NCBI GenBank assembly: GCA_026770705.1
Contig: JANJGN010000008.1
Span: 137,330,001 to 137,394,000 of the forward strand
DNA: 64,000 nucleotides
Direction: 5' to 3'
From: Isurus oxyrinchus
Lineage: Eukaryota
Made by a program: the position numbers and the translations under genes. This document shows, in pieces, positions 12,331-25,739 of the stretch (the first letter of the stretch is position 1; every line of letters starts with the position of its first letter). The notes below the pieces were generated by a model. That model was not told where the DNA came from. It made no database searches and saw only the letters and a list, made by a program, of their open reading frames with translations.

Positions 12331-13433
12331 CTCATTCCAATTTTTAATTTTACTTGAAATTGGTTCATTTTAACCTTGGACACTCTAGTTCTCAGGCAAC
12401 TTGGAAGGTGAAAGATCCACATATCTGCTAAGCTTCAGAGGAGTGACACCCAGGATTTAAAGAGCTGGTTTACATGCCTCTTCTATCTTCTTTTCTCCAG
12501 TGAAACAAGTCTCAGTTTAAAACTCATTTGTACCCAGTTGGTCAGCTGTCCATTCAAAATGAAAAGCTGTACACCAACACCAGGGTAAGTTATGGAGTGA
12601 GCCATCTTGCGGGTAGGGAGAGGATAATTTGTGCCAGCAAACTCACACTTTACTTGTGAAGCCTGTGGGAGCACTCTCACTCCTCCTGGCCCCAGTTAGG
12701 AAAGTTTTTGGTTTACCTCAGGTGGGTCACCTTTTCTTCCCTGCCAGATTTTACCATCCAGGCCCTGTCGACATCCTAGGACCACCATTTGCATATACTT
12801 ATGAGTTCCCATCTGCTTTTGGCAGGCAGGGGAGCCTCTTTAAAAGGTACGTGCTTAAAATGGTGGCTGGCAGAAACAGAGAAGGGAATGGGCCATGAGT
12901 GCTCCATAGCCATTTTAACTTCACTGCCACCCTGTTCTTGCCTAATGGGGTAGATGGAGAGTGTCCTTCTAGAATTATTATTAAATCTGAGTCATATACC
13001 CATGTGGTTTTTCCCAATGGTTGGTTAGTTTAGCTAAGAATTTTGTCTTGAACGTAAACTGTTAGTAGTCACACCAAAAGCTTTTTTTCCTTTTTTAGAT
13101 TTATTACTGGTTTCTACAAGATACTATCTCCTTTATTCTGCTTGTAAAATTCTGCTCAAGGATGCAAGGATAGCACAGCACAATAATGATGCACATTAAT
13201 GACATCAAAATATTGCATACAGAAGCAAAATTAAAACACTATATTAGAATGCTTCAGTATAGTCACAATGGCAAAATTATGTTTGATTGGCAAATGAAAA
13301 AAATACATAATTCAGCATAAGCCATCCAATCTGCAATCCACTTTACAAATATCTCAACATTTAGATACAAAAAAACTGACTCTGCTATAAGTATTCTGCG
13401 AACTGTGAGACATAAGATCATCTTGATATTTAC

Positions 13434-13491
13434 CGTTTGCTATTTCTTTCTTCAGTTTTTCCAGGAACTTTGGCTTTTCTTTCATAGGTTT
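13434..13491 (-). CDS. Host gene exon 3: KPMKEKPKFLEKLKKEIAN
   Basis: Follows a 94-bp GT-AG intron. Acceptor cattattttAG, donor ACG|GTAAAT, 58 nt, phase 0 to 1. Confidence 0.85.
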
Positions 13492-13585
13492 CTAAAATAA
13501 TGAGAGAGATTTGAGAAGAATTTACAAACAATGGATCTTTTAATAATTTTCATGGAAACCTTTTCGGTAGAAATCAAAGATTTAC

Positions 13586-13707
13586 CTCAAGATTGTCAAT
13601 GAATTCATCCACTGCCTCCTCCATATTTTCCAGGTCATTGCGTGCTTTGATTGCATCTATATTCACCTGATTTTTGAGGGCTTCACTATCTTGTTCAATG
13701 CAAAATA
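13586..13707 (-). CDS. Host gene exon 2: (V)FCIEQDSEALKNQVNIDAIKARNDLENMEEAVDEFIDNLE
   Basis: Acceptor tattgtatttgcAG, donor GAG|GTAAAT, 122 nt, phase 1 to 0, open frame, unique non-repeat sequence. Confidence 0.85.
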
Positions 13708-13909
13708 CTGCAAATACAATAATAGCAGAAATAGAAATGTAGGCTTATACAAGTTCGTAAAATATCAGTCCAGCTAAGGGTAACTAACACTCATCTCAAT
13801 TTAGTGTGATTGGGATGAATAGGCAAAAAGGGGGGAAAAGTGCTTGTGTTGCTTTAAACTGGCTTAATAAGTCCTATGGGAGTCAGCATTTTACTTCCAA
13901 TTAATTCTA

Positions 13910-15090
13910 ACATAAGAACATAGAAATAAGAGGAGCAGTAGTAGGCCATTCAACCCGATGAGCTTGCTCTGCCATTCAGTAAGCTCATGGCTGACCTACC
14001 TCAACTCTGCCTTGCTACCCTATTTCTTGATTTTATTAGTATCTGAAAATCTGTTGGTCTCTGTCCTGAATACACTCAGCAATGGAACATTAACAGCCCT
14101 CTGGGATATAGGATTCCAAAGATTCACAACCCTTTGAGTGAATAATTGTCCTTGGGACTCTCTTCCTGAAAAGGTGGTGGAAGCAGAGTCTTTGAATATT
14201 TTTAAGGCAGAGGTGGATAGGTTCTTGATAAGCAAGGAGGTGATATGTTATCGGGGGTAGGTGAGATGCAGATTGAGGTTAATACTGGATCAGCCATGAT
14301 CTTATTAAATGGCAGAACAGGCTTGAGGGGCCGAGTGGCCTACTCCTGCTCCTTGCTCGTATTGTCCTCTACTTTCAGCCCTAAATGGCTGAACCCTTAT
14401 TCTGAGGCTGTGACCCTGTGTTCTAGACTCCTCAGTTGGTGGTGGGAAACCAGGGGTACATCCACCCAGCATCTACCCTATCAAGGAAAGCCCTTTGTAA
14501 TTTTGCATGTTCCAATAAGATTACCTCTCCTTCTAAAGCCTAGGAAATAACTCCTGTTTGAAAAATTTCCCCCTCCCAGGAATGCAGTTGTTCCCATTGT
14601 AATAAAGACTAACATACCATTTACTTTCCTTGTTGCTTGATGTACCAGCATTTTAACTTCCTATGATACATGTGCAAGGGCACCCAGGTCCCTCTGGATA
14701 TCAATATTTTCCCCTTTCTCACTTTTAAAGTGCTTATACTTGTGTATTGTTCCTAACCAAATGGATAACCTCATATTTCTTCATATTATGTTCCATTTGT
14801 ATATTCTTGCCCATTCGCTAACCTTGTCTATATCATTTACAGATTCTTTGCAACATCCTCACAGCTTACTTTCCCCCATAGCTTTGTGTTATCAGCAAAC
14901 TTGCAGGCATCACATTCGGTCCCTTCATCGAAGTCATTCATCTCATGCAAACTGCAGAGGGGCAAGCACTGGTCCTTTGATACAACACACCAATACAAAA
15001 ATGACCCGTCCATCCCTTCTCTCTGTTTCCCGTCTGTTAACTAGTCCTCAATCTATGCTAATATTTTACCCCCAATCCCGCAATCCAACA
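13910..15090 (-). mobile_element. Degenerate CR1 3' portion
   Basis: ACATAAGAACATAGAA tail, FTQRVVNLWN motif, RT remnants. Confidence 0.75.
14151..14361 (+). mobile_element. CR1 3' end nested antisense in the preceding CR1
   Basis: WDSLPEKVVEAESLNIFKAEVDRFL plus 3' UTR, flanked by duplicated ATTGTCCT. Confidence 0.8.
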
Positions 15091-15784
15091 ACTATTTAAA
15101 AAGGTTGAGGTTATAGTACTTTTTAACATTCTTCTCAGTCAGCTTTGCCAACTCTAGAGTTTGTGGTGTATGTACAGCCCTAGGTCTCTCAGTTTCTACA
15201 TTGCTCTCCTTTAAAATGATACCATTTAGTTTGCATTTCCACTCTCATTCTTCTGGTAATAAGATGTTCCCTTACTATCAGATTGCTAATTATTTCTGGT
15301 TCAATCTTCACAACTAATTGGATGTCACCCATATACCCTGATCTACCTATTATTTTGTATTTTGTGACTGCGAGGTTTATAAATGATACACTCTCCATCC
15401 CCCCCCCCCCCACCACCCCACCCCCGCCACACAATTTTCTGTCCTTCCGAAGGCATTGACTAAGGTCCTTAGAAAAATTCACTTTACTGAAGAATGTTTT
15501 TAACAAATTAAACATCATAAAAAATTGCAGGCTCAAAGGCCTGCATAACCAATCCCTTGCTCTAATGCTTTACGTTCTTATGTTCCTTGAACATCACATT
15601 TTTTGTGTTTTCTCAGTCTAAAAAGATCTCTTTTTTGTATTTTTTTAGTGTTTAAAAAAACCTATTGTTTGATATGTTTTGCCAGGAACTATCAATCAAC
15701 TATCCAGGTGATATCCAGGCAGCAGATCAGACAACTGGGTGATATCCAGAGTATAACGAGCAGCTCAGAGGGAATTTAAGGAGA

Positions 15785-16080
15785 GAAAAGAAAAGGGAAA
15801 TAAAGGAATTGCATTTATGTAGCATCTTTAATGAGCTCAGAACATCCCAATGGGTCAAATCAACCAGTAATATACTTTTTGAAATGCATTCCAGTGTTGT
15901 AATGTTGGTAAACATGGCAACCGACTATGGTAAAGTGGCAGATAAGTGTTGCGCAGGACATTTAGTAAGTACCACTGCTCATACCCACCTGTGAGGATTT
16001 TGGCTTAACATCTTAATTCAACCAAAACAGAACTGCACTGGAGTGTCAGCCTTAATTGTGTGCTCAAACCTCTGGAGCAA
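15785..16080 (-). mobile_element. Deu-domain SINE (SacSINE1-like), degenerate
   Basis: Reverse complement similar to 36345-36780 (GCACTGGAGTGTCAGCCT, TTGCATTTATGTAGC tail). Confidence 0.6.
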
Positions 16081-16099
16081 GTTAAAAATTTTGAATTAG

Positions 16100-16935
16100 A
16101 GTTATTGTCATTTGAAGCAGTTTAGGAAGTATTGATCACAGTATAATAAGCTTAAAATAATGATCGATCGGATATATATGTAGTACAGGCTAAAGTAATA
16201 ATCTGGAAAGAAGCCAGCCATGAGTAAATGAGGGTGAAGCAAAAGAAGATAAACTGGAGAAAAATATTGACAAAGGGGTAGAACTACAGTAGACAATGTT
16301 TAAGCGTGAAATCAATAGTGTTCAGGAGAAATATAGTCCACTGAAAAATAAGAACAATCTAGCCAAGAATGAAATGCTATAATATATAAAGATAATGAAT
16401 TGAAAATAAAGTTGAATCTAAAGAAAAAAGGCACATGCAAAGTACATAAACAATACAGCATGACCATGGGAATATGGTGAGTTTAGGAAAGGGACTAAAG
16501 AGGCAATCAGCAATGCAAAGGGAAAATATGAAATGAAAATATCAAGCCATATGAAAAGAGGTAGTAAAATATTCTGTAGGCACACACAGTAACAAAAGAA
16601 TGAAGGTGTGCTCACAAAGGGATGATCAGTATAAATTCACAGGAAAGTGACTAAAATTATAGGAATAGCGAATAGATATTCTGACCTCAGTTTTCACTGA
16701 TAAGACAGAGAATAACAACAGTAGAAGATTTATAGATGGATGTTACAACAGTTAAGAAGGAGATATTAGGTAAATAACCATGCCTAAGGAGGTCAAGTTC
16801 CAAGGTCCAGGTGGGTTGCAGATACTCAACTTAAGAAACTAGGGAGAAGATAGCAGAGGCACTATTATCCATAATTAATGATTCAATTGAAAAGCAGAAA
16901 ATGGACTGGTGTACAGCAAATCTAATTCCTATCTT
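16100..16935 (+). mobile_element. Old CR1 ORF2 fragment
   Basis: Remnants of the KxFxR, SVFT and K.PGPxG motifs, with many stops. Confidence 0.5.
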
Positions 16936-17348
16936 CAAAATGTTTTTGGCAGTTCACACAGTGAGATAACAAATACTTTAGTCCATGCTTCAAACAGAAA
17001 AAAGGAGTAGAAAGAATTAGAAAGTGGAAGTACAGAATTATAGGTTGAAAAGGGTACACTCATTTTCTTCATCGGAGTGCAATTTACATTTGTTTGAAAG
17101 ATATAGTGAAAAACATGCAAAAACATCCATGTTCCTTCTGATAAAGCGCTCACTGTCTGGTTGGTTTGAGAGATGAATTAATGAAGAAGTAGTTGCTCTG
17201 GTCTCTATGTGTAGCAACATTATAACCATGTTTTTGAGTTTAGAGCTACTACAAATGGCAACGAGGTCATTTCTTCCCAACCTCCCCCCCCGCCCCCCCC
17301 CCCACCTTTGTCATCTGATGAAATTTATTCTGTCATTGCCGAACCATG

Positions 17349-18448
17349 GGCCAGAACTTCAGTGGAGTAGCCATCACTTTCAGATTGCCACTCCGCTCCT
17401 TCTCACTGAACCTTAGTCCGGAGCTACACCTTTCTTGCCTGATCTTCCGTCCCAGATCTGGTGGGAAATGTGCAGTCGCTCCTGGGAGTCTTCAGTGCAG
17501 AGCATCGGGAATAAAGCCTTTTTATGGTGTTGGGCGGTCAGGTGGGTGTTAGGTGCTTAGAAGGGAAGTTCAGGTGGTCAGGAGACGGCTGGGTGGTTGA
17601 GGGGCTTTGGGCCATGAGAAGTGGTCAGGGGCGGTTCAGTAGTTGGGGGGATGGTCAGGGGTGTCAGGCGAGTTGAGGGGGCCAGGGGTGTTAAGAGGGT
17701 AGACGAGGGGTGGGCAAGGTAGTCGAGGAGGGTGGTCGGGATGTCAGGAATAGGAAGGGCAGTCGGGTAGTGAAGCGGTTCTTGGAGGGTCAGGTGGTCA
17801 GGGGGGTGGCGAGATGGGATGGTGGTCAGTGGGCTGGGGGCTGGTTGTGGGGGTAGCCAGGGTGGGGACAATAGTCGGGAAGGTGGAGAGGGTGGGCGGG
17901 GGGTGGGGTTGGATAGGAGAATTAGGGATGTTTGTGAGGATAGTCAAGGGGGAGGGTAGTTGGTGGGGTAGGGTGTAGTCAGGAGGTGGGGAGATGGTCG
18001 AGAGGTCAGACGGTGTTCAGGGGCTGGCTGGGGTGTGGCCAGGGATGTAGTCGGGGGATCCAATGGGGGATTGTGGGGTAGGGTGGAGGGCAGTACCGTA
18101 GTTACCCAAGGAGTCAGAAGTGTTTTTTAATCCTAACTTTTCCTGGGTAGCTATCCTGATAAGAGATTTGGAACCATCCGAAGCCTTCAATTTAAATCAG
18201 AATTTTGAATGGTTCCAGGTGCTGGGTAATTGCCCATGGGAAATTTAAACTTCCCAGGCAATTCCTGTGTAGTCCTTGCGTGGGGACATCCGGGGGGCTC
18301 CCACAGCACATTTTCTGGGATAACCTCTGGCGTACAACTCTGCCAGGAAATGAAAATTTTGAGCTCATATATCTATGTCCTCACATTGAATTTAATTCTT
18401 ATGATAACTCCCTCACTTAGTTCAGATGCAAGTCCTGAAATTTCGACC
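17349..18448. mobile_element. Non-autonomous Harbinger-type element with G-rich core
   Basis: TIRs GGCCAGAACTTCAG / CTGAAATTTCGACC. 17540-18090 is a strongly G-skewed degenerate repeat (GGTCAGGG-like units). Confidence 0.55.
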
Positions 18449-19199
18449 AAATAACTTAGCGGGTGTGAATGTGCTTTATACAGCAAGCTCAAAAACGTTT
18501 CATCTTCTCATAGCAATTTTCCACAGCAATTATTGTCATACAACAGAGATTGTTCACTGCACAGAATTCTGATAAAAACATAGCAACATTCTCAGAAAAT
18601 TGAACTGAGCTTGTTCTTTGGAAAAATTAAGAGATTAATGTGAAATCTTTTTCCACACAGGTTAATTCACTCCAGACGATGTTTTTCTGGCTGCAAGCAA
18701 TGAAATGACTTGAAGGGATTTCTATGTCCTCCTGTCAAAATACTGAAAGGGATACGAGCAGATAAACGAGACAGATTGAGGCTTAAGTGGTTCATAAATT
18801 ATCAGAACAAGGAGAACAATGTTTTGCTGTTAGTGGTGAAATTCTTGGATTGGCGTAAGAGAAACAAACAAAATGATTTGTCCAATATTTTCACTTTGTT
18901 ACCTTTGGGTTGAAAGTCTGCGGTGCGATATTTGTAACACATGAGCATCAAATTATTGTACCAAATATATTACCTGGACTTTCATCCCACATCTCACTAA
19001 ATACGCAGTATACACATTTACATTTGCTCTTTATCTGCCACAATCCAGATAGCACAAGTGTGTTAGAGGAGCCTCGGCCCCTGAAATTGTCCAAGTTATG
19101 AGGTTCTTGCAAGCTGGACATGAGCAGGGACTGCAGGAAAGATGAGCGAACTGACCACGACACCATGGTACAGGGAGCCATTCAAGTGGGTGGGGGAGG

Positions 19200-19710
19200 A
19201 AATAGGAACGTAATAGTGGTAGGGGGACAGTATAATTAGGTACTGTTCTCGCAGTCTTGAGCATGAGTCCCGAAGGCTGTGTTGCCTGCCTGGTGCCAGG
19301 GTTGAGGAATCTCCTCAAGGCTGGTGAGGAACTTGGAGTTGGAAGGGAAGGATCCAGTTGTCGTTGTCCACATTGGTATCAACGACATTGGTGAGACTAG
19401 AAAGGAGGTAATGCTGAAAGAATTTGAACAGTTAGGAGCTAAACTAAAAAGCAGAACCTCCAAGTTAATAATCTTGGGATTACTACCTGAGCCACTGGCA
19501 AACTGGCATAGGGTAAATAAAGTCAAGGAGTTAAATGCGTGGCTCAAAGATTGGTGTGGGAGCAATGGGTTTCAGTTCATGGGACACTGGCACTAGCACT
19601 GGGGTATAAGGGAACTGTTTCAGTGGGACAGGCTTCACTTGAAACGTGGTGGGGTCAGTGTCCTGGCAAACTAAATAACTAGGGCTGTAGAGAGGGCTTT
19701 ACATAAATGG
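19200..19710 (+). pseudogene. CR1 ORF1 SGNH/GDSL esterase domain, disrupted
   Basis: NVIVVGDSIIR, CCLPGAR, VVVHIGINDI, GLLPEP and WDRLHL motifs. Confidence 0.85.
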
Positions 19711-19944
19711 TGGTGGGAGGTGGGGGTGGGGGGGGGGGGGGGGGGGGGGGGGGGAGGTGGTGGGTGGTCGGATGGTTCTGGAGAGGGAATACATAGGCTT
19801 ACAAAGCAAAAGGATATGGCAGCATTGCAGGGCAGCTATTTAGGTAATGATACCCAGAGTGTGACAGGAAGGGACAGAGTGTACAAACATAAAAATGCAG
19901 CAGCAAATAATTCAAAGGGGGAAAATAGTAAAAAGGCAAAATTA

Positions 19945-22700
19945 ATGGTTCTTTACTTAAATGCACATAGTATTTGGAACAAAATAAATGAACTAACAGC
20001 ACAAATAGAGGTTAATGGATATGATCTTATAACCATTATGGAGACATGGTTACAAGGAGATCAAAGCTGGGAACTTAATATGCAGGAGTATGTGACTTTT
20101 TGAAAGGACAGGCAGGAATGAAAGGGTGGTGGGATAGCTTTGTTAGTATGAGATGGAATAAGTACGATAGCAAGAAATGATCTTGGATCAGAAGATATAG
20201 AATCCATATAGGTGGGGGGAAGAAACAACAAGGGGAAGAAGACATTGGTGGGAGTAGTCTATAGGCCCCCTAACAGTGGCTATACTGTAGGACAGAGAAT
20301 AAATCAGGAGATAATGAGGGCATGTTAAAAAAGTAGTATATTAATCATGGGTGACTTTAATCTTCACGTAGATACATAGATTGGGAAAAGCAAATTGGCA
20401 GAGATAATCATGAGCAGGAATTCATAGCGTGTATATTGAACAGTTTCCTAGAACGATATGTTGTGGATCCAACCAGAGATCAGGCTATTTTGGATCTGGC
20501 AACGTGTAATCAGACAGGTTTAATAAATGATCTCAGAGTAAAGGATCCCTTAGGAAACAGTGACCATAACATGGTAGAGTTTAGCATTCGGTTTGAGAGT
20601 GAGAAACCTGGGTCGGAAACAACTGTGCTAAACTTAAATAAGGGTAATTACAAAGGAACGAGGGCAGAGTTGGCTGGAGTGGACTAGGAAAGGAGTTGAG
20701 CAGAAAAGATGAACAATAGCAGACGTTTAAGAAAATAGTTCATGACTCACAAAAAAGATATATCCTAGTGAGGAAGAAGGATTCTAGGAAGGGATAAACC
20801 AACCATGGTTAACCAAGGAAGTTAAGGATAGTATCAAACTGAAAGAAAAAACATACAATGTGGCAAAGATTAGTAGTAAGCCAGAGGATTGGGAAAGTTT
20901 TAAAAACCAACAAAAATGACCAAAAAAATAAAGAAGGAGAAAATAAATTTTGAGGGTAAATTAGCAAGTAATACAAAGACAGACAGTAAGAGCTTCTTTA
21001 AAAATATAAAAAGGAATAGAGAGGCCAAAGTGAACTCAGGCCCCTTAGAGAATGAAGTTTAGGAAATAATAATAGGGAACCAGGAAATGGCAAAGGAGTT
21101 GAATAAATACTTTGCATCAGTCTTCACGGTAGAACACACCAATAGCATTCCAAAAATACCAAATAATCAAGGGGCAAAAAGCCCGGGGGTGGAGGTGGGG
21201 GGTGAGGAAATAAATACAATATCTATTACTAGAGAAAAAGTACTAGGGAAACTAATGGGGCTGAAGGCCAATAAGTTCCCTGGACCTGATGTGTTGCATC
21301 CTAGAATATTAAAGGAATAGTTATAGAGAAAGTGCATGCACTAGTAGTAATCTTCCAAGAATCCTTAGATTCTGAAAAAGTCCCAGAGGATTGGAAAACT
21401 GCCAATGTAGAACCTTATTCAAAAAGGGAGGGAGACAAAAACAGGTAACTATAGGCCAGTTAGCTTAACATCTGTCATTGGGGAAATGTTAGAGTCTATT
21501 ATACAGGTTTTATTAGCAAGTCATTTAGAAATACATAATATAATTAAGCAGAGTTAGCAGGGCTTCATGAAGGGGAAATCATGCCTGACAAATTTACTAG
21601 AACTCTTTGAGGAGGTAACAAGCAGGATAGGTAAAGATGAATCAGTAGATGTAATATATTTGGATTTCCAAAAGGCATTTGTTAAGATACTGCAAATAAG
21701 GCTACTTAATAATATGAGAGCCCATAGTATTGAGGATAGTATGTTAGCATTGATAGAGGATTGGCTAACTAATAGAAGACAGAGTTGGGCTAAGGGGGGC
21801 ATTTTCAGGATGGCAAACTGTAACTAGTGGAGTGCCACAGGGACCAGTGCTGGGGCCACAATTATTTACAATATATATTAATGACTTGGATGAGGAAAGT
21901 GAATGCACTATTGCCAAGTTTGCAGATGACACAAAAATAGGTGGGAAAGCAAGTGGTGAGGATGACACAAAGTATACAGCGGGATATAGACAGGTTAAGT
22001 GAGTGGGCAAAAACTTGCCAGATGGAATATAATATGGGAAAATGTGAGGTTATACACTTCAGCAGGAAGAATAGAGGAGCGGAATATTATTTAAATGGGG
22101 AAAGACTGCAGAAGGCTGCAAAACAGAAGGATTTGGATGTCCTTGTGCATGACTTGCAAAAAGTTAGCATATAAATTCAACAGGTAATAGGGAAGGCAAA
22201 CGGAATGATGGCCTTTATTTCAAAGGGAATGGAGTATAAAAATAGGGAAGCCTTGCTAAAACTATACAAGGCACTAATTAGATCACAGCTAGAATACTGT
22301 GAACAGTTTTGGTCCCCTTATCTAAGGAAAGATATACTGGCATTGGAGGCAGTCCAGAGAAGGCTGATCCCAGGTATGGAGGGATTTTCTTATGAGGAGA
22401 GGTTGAGTATGTAGGGCCTGTACTCGTTGGAGTTTAGAAGAATGAGAGGCAACCTTACTGAAATATATAGGGGGCTTGACTGGGGAGATGATGAGAGGTT
22501 GTTTCCCCTTGTGGGAGAGTTTAGGGTATAATCTCAGAGTAAGGGGTCACCCATTTAAGACAGAAATGAGGAGGAATTTCTTCTCTCAGAGGGTATTAAA
22601 TCTGTGGAATTCAATACTGTAAAGGCATTAAGTATATTCACAGCTGAGATAGACAGATTTTTAATCAGTAAGGGAATCAAGGGTTATGGGGAAAGGGCAG
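19945..22700 (+). pseudogene. CR1 ORF2 endonuclease/reverse transcriptase, disrupted
   Basis: [46 protein letters not shown] and KFADDTK motifs, with stops and frameshifts. Confidence 0.9.
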
Positions 22701-23214
22701 GAAAGTGGAATTAAGGATTATCACATTAGCCCTGGTCTCAATGAATGGTGGAGCAGACTTGATAGGCCACGTGGCCTACTTCTGCTCCTACGTCTTATGG
22801 CCTTATGATCTTATGGTGTGTTCCAAGTGCAAAACAGCCTTAGAAAAACATAGCAAGGAAGATAGCTGGGGCTTCAAAATGAAAAGTTCCCATACCAAGC
22901 AATAATTTAACTCTGATGGACCTAACAATGTGTTTAGGTAAACATCATGGGTCAGAATTTCCTGGATTAGACTTTGTACACATCTACACCCAATGTTGTG
23001 CCAATCTTGTCATTGGCAACTTGCAGCAAAAAGGTAAATCTATTGGCATCAGAGTGTAGAAATTTGGTGTAAAACAAATGGAATTAAGTGAACTATCAGA
23101 GTTCAAGGAAACTGCAGCATGTAGACCATTTCCTCTCTTATGACCCACTTTATCTTATTTATGTTAAGAAAATTAAAGTTTGAAGTCAGCAAGCCATTGT
23201 TTATGCACAGTTAG

Positions 23215-23460
23215 CACAACAACAACTTGCATTTGTGTAGCAGCTCTAACATAGTAAAATGTACCAAGATGCTTCATAGGAGTGCCAACAAAGCTTAACA
23301 CCAAACTAAATAGGTAGAGATAAGTTTGATTATCAAAAGCTTGGTGAATAAAATAGGTTTCAAGCAATACTTGAAAACAGAAAAGAGTAATGGACAAATA
23401 AGTAAAGATATTTGGGGAGGCAGAGCTTAGAGCATAGACTGATTAAGTCACAGCCACGAT
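23215..23460 (-). mobile_element. L2-like LINE 3' end
   Basis: AACAACAACTTGCATTTGTGTAGC tail, resembling the Deu-SINE tail. Confidence 0.5.
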
Positions 23461-24247
23461 GATGAGCTGTATATTTTTGTATTTTTTGTGATTATGTTTC
23501 CTGTGTAGAAATCTGTAGGAGGGTGTGTGTCCAGGGTTAAATAAACAAGGGGAGGTTACTAGAGATTGGTGGTTTGTGAGGTCTAAGATATGAAAGGTTA
23601 AAGATGTTAGGTTTGTGTATTTGTAATGAGAGTTTATGATGGGTTTGAGTTACAAGTAAATAGGTTGGATCTGAAATTTGCATTTTGAGTTAAGTTGGGA
23701 AATTGATTTTTTTTAGCTGTGAATTTCAAAAGGGAGTTCGGGGACAGAACTTTTTGTTCGGTGTGGGGGTGCGCGCCTGACACATTCGAGCATAAAATAG
23801 AGCATGATGATGTCTGGTGAGCATCCTGACGTCATTGCCCACTCATGTGATATTTTGCTCAGCAAGTGTGGGAACCATGCCCACCCATTAATTAAGAGGC
23901 CAGTTAAGGCCATTAAAAAGTCAATTGGCATCGATTTTTCTTTGCCCATGCAATTTTGCCCTCATCGCACGGGCAAAAATGAGCAGGCGGCCGGTAAAAA
24001 TGTCAAAAACCTCATCCACAGGTGGGACAAAAAGAGTGAGCAGAACTGCCAGTGTGAGTAGTGAGGAGTTGGTAGATAGTCTGCTGCTGGTGACTTACTG
24101 GTGCTTGGCAACTCCATCTCTGTTTGGGGCTTCATTGTTAGCATTGCCAGGCTTCATTTCAGGACTTCATGGTATCTCCAAGGACCCCTGAGAATTTAGA
24201 CAGTGTGGACTCTTCCAGGTATCAGACAGCCTTCCTTTACCCTGGTA

Positions 24248-25445
24248 ATGGGGATTGTGCTCTCCACTGGTGGCACCTCCTCCTCTGAGGAAGAGAGGGA
24301 CAGAAGGGAGAGGAGGTCAGGTGTCCCCATGCAGCTTCCAGAAGAACAACCTGTGGGAGGAGAGGGGCAGGCAGAGGGTGGGGCAGGGACAGCTGGTAGT
24401 TCAAGGTGGAAGGTGCTGCAGAAGACGCCACTATCCTGCTGCCAGGGTTTACAGGCAGTGGTAGAGCTATTTCAATATTCATGAGGTGCAATGCTGAAGG
24501 AGGCTTTGCTTCTCAAGGGAGTCAGTGAATCCATCTGTCAGTTGATTGGGCCTGAGATCAGCTCTGACTGTGTGGAAGGACACCCCATGCCAGTGGCCCT
24601 GAAGGTCACAGTGGCCCTCATCTTCTATGCCTCTGGCTCTTTCCAGGGTTCAGTGGGGAATCTGTATGGAGTCTCCCAATTAGCTGTCCACAGTTGCATC
24701 AAGCTGCTGACAGAAGCTCTGTTCAGGTGGGTATTGACTTTCATTCATTTTTGTATGGAGGAGGCCAGCCAGGCTGAGTGAGTCAGAGGGTTTGTAGCGA
24801 TTGCAAGGTTCCCCCTCGTTCAGGATGCAATCAATTGCACACATGTGGCCCTCAAGGTGCCAGTAGGTCAGCCGGGTTCCCTCACTAACAGGAAAGGGTT
24901 TCACTCCATGAACATGCTGATAGTGTGTGACCATAGGATGCAGATTCTGCAAGTGTGTGCAAGGTACTCTGGCAGCTCCCATGATGCGCACTCCCAGGTC
25001 CCGAGGCTCTTCAATGCTCAAGCCCAGCTGGATGGATGGCTGCTGGGTGACAAGGGCTATCCCTTGAAAAGGCGGCCTATGATGCCTCTCTGCCACCCAA
25101 GAACAGAGGCAGAGCAGCGTCATAATAGAAGTCATGCCTCCACAAAGATGGTGATAGAGACGACCATTGGCCTTCTGAAGACTTGCGTCCGATGCCTGGA
25201 CCATTCAGGGGGAGCACTACACTACCCACCCCAGAGTGGTCACATGCAGCACTCTCCACAACCTGCATCTGGCAAAGAGGGACCCACTGGGGAAAAAGGA
25301 TGTGGATGCAGCTGTACAGGCCATAGATGATGAATCCACTGGTGAATCAGAGGAGGAGCACAGTGAGGATGTGGAGGCAGACCTCCGTAACCTCCCTGGA
25401 GGCAAAGAAAGCAGGGATGCCTTGATTCAATGTTCCATCAGCTAG
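24248..25445 (+). pseudogene. Harbinger (HARBI1-like DDE) transposase, disrupted
   Basis: FYASGSFQ...GVSQ HTH, AINCTHV, NRKGFHSMN, GSSHDA, LLGDKGYPL, HNRSHASTKMVIETTIGLLK and LHNL motifs. Confidence 0.92.
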
Positions 25446-25739
25446 GCTGCCAAATAAGTGCTACCACCTCATGCCAGGGCTGCCGCATCCATGCCAGATG
25501 TCTGAAATGGCGCTTTCCTTTGACCATAAAGTCCATTCAGCACCTGTGCAACGAAGTTTCAAGCCACCCATGTCCAGCATTACATACTGGCATACCCTGC
25601 GCCACATTAAATAAAAAAGATGAAGCATACTCAGGCCATTACAACAAATGAAAATTTATCTCCAACCCAGACCAGTTAAAATAAACAAAATGTTGCAAAG
25701 CAAAAGATCACCTGTGACCAGTCTCTCCTGTGCTCATGG

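Larger units (their letters stand above)
19086..22815 (+). mobile_element. Near-full-length CR1 LINE, antisense within intron 1 of the host gene
   Basis: ORF1 esterase, ORF2 APE endonuclease plus RT, 3' hairpin and (CTTATG..)n tail. Confidence 0.92.

Noticed and set aside
2999-13707. Identifying the host protein as KITLG, CSF1, FLT3LG or IZUMO
   Set aside because: The ectodomain is too short and lacks their cysteine patterns.
24248-25445. Calling the transposases the domesticated gene HARBI1 (or the Myb ORFs NAIF1/MSANTD4)
   Set aside because: They are multicopy, bounded by TIRs and TSDs, and disrupted by stops and frameshifts, so they are transposon pseudogenes.
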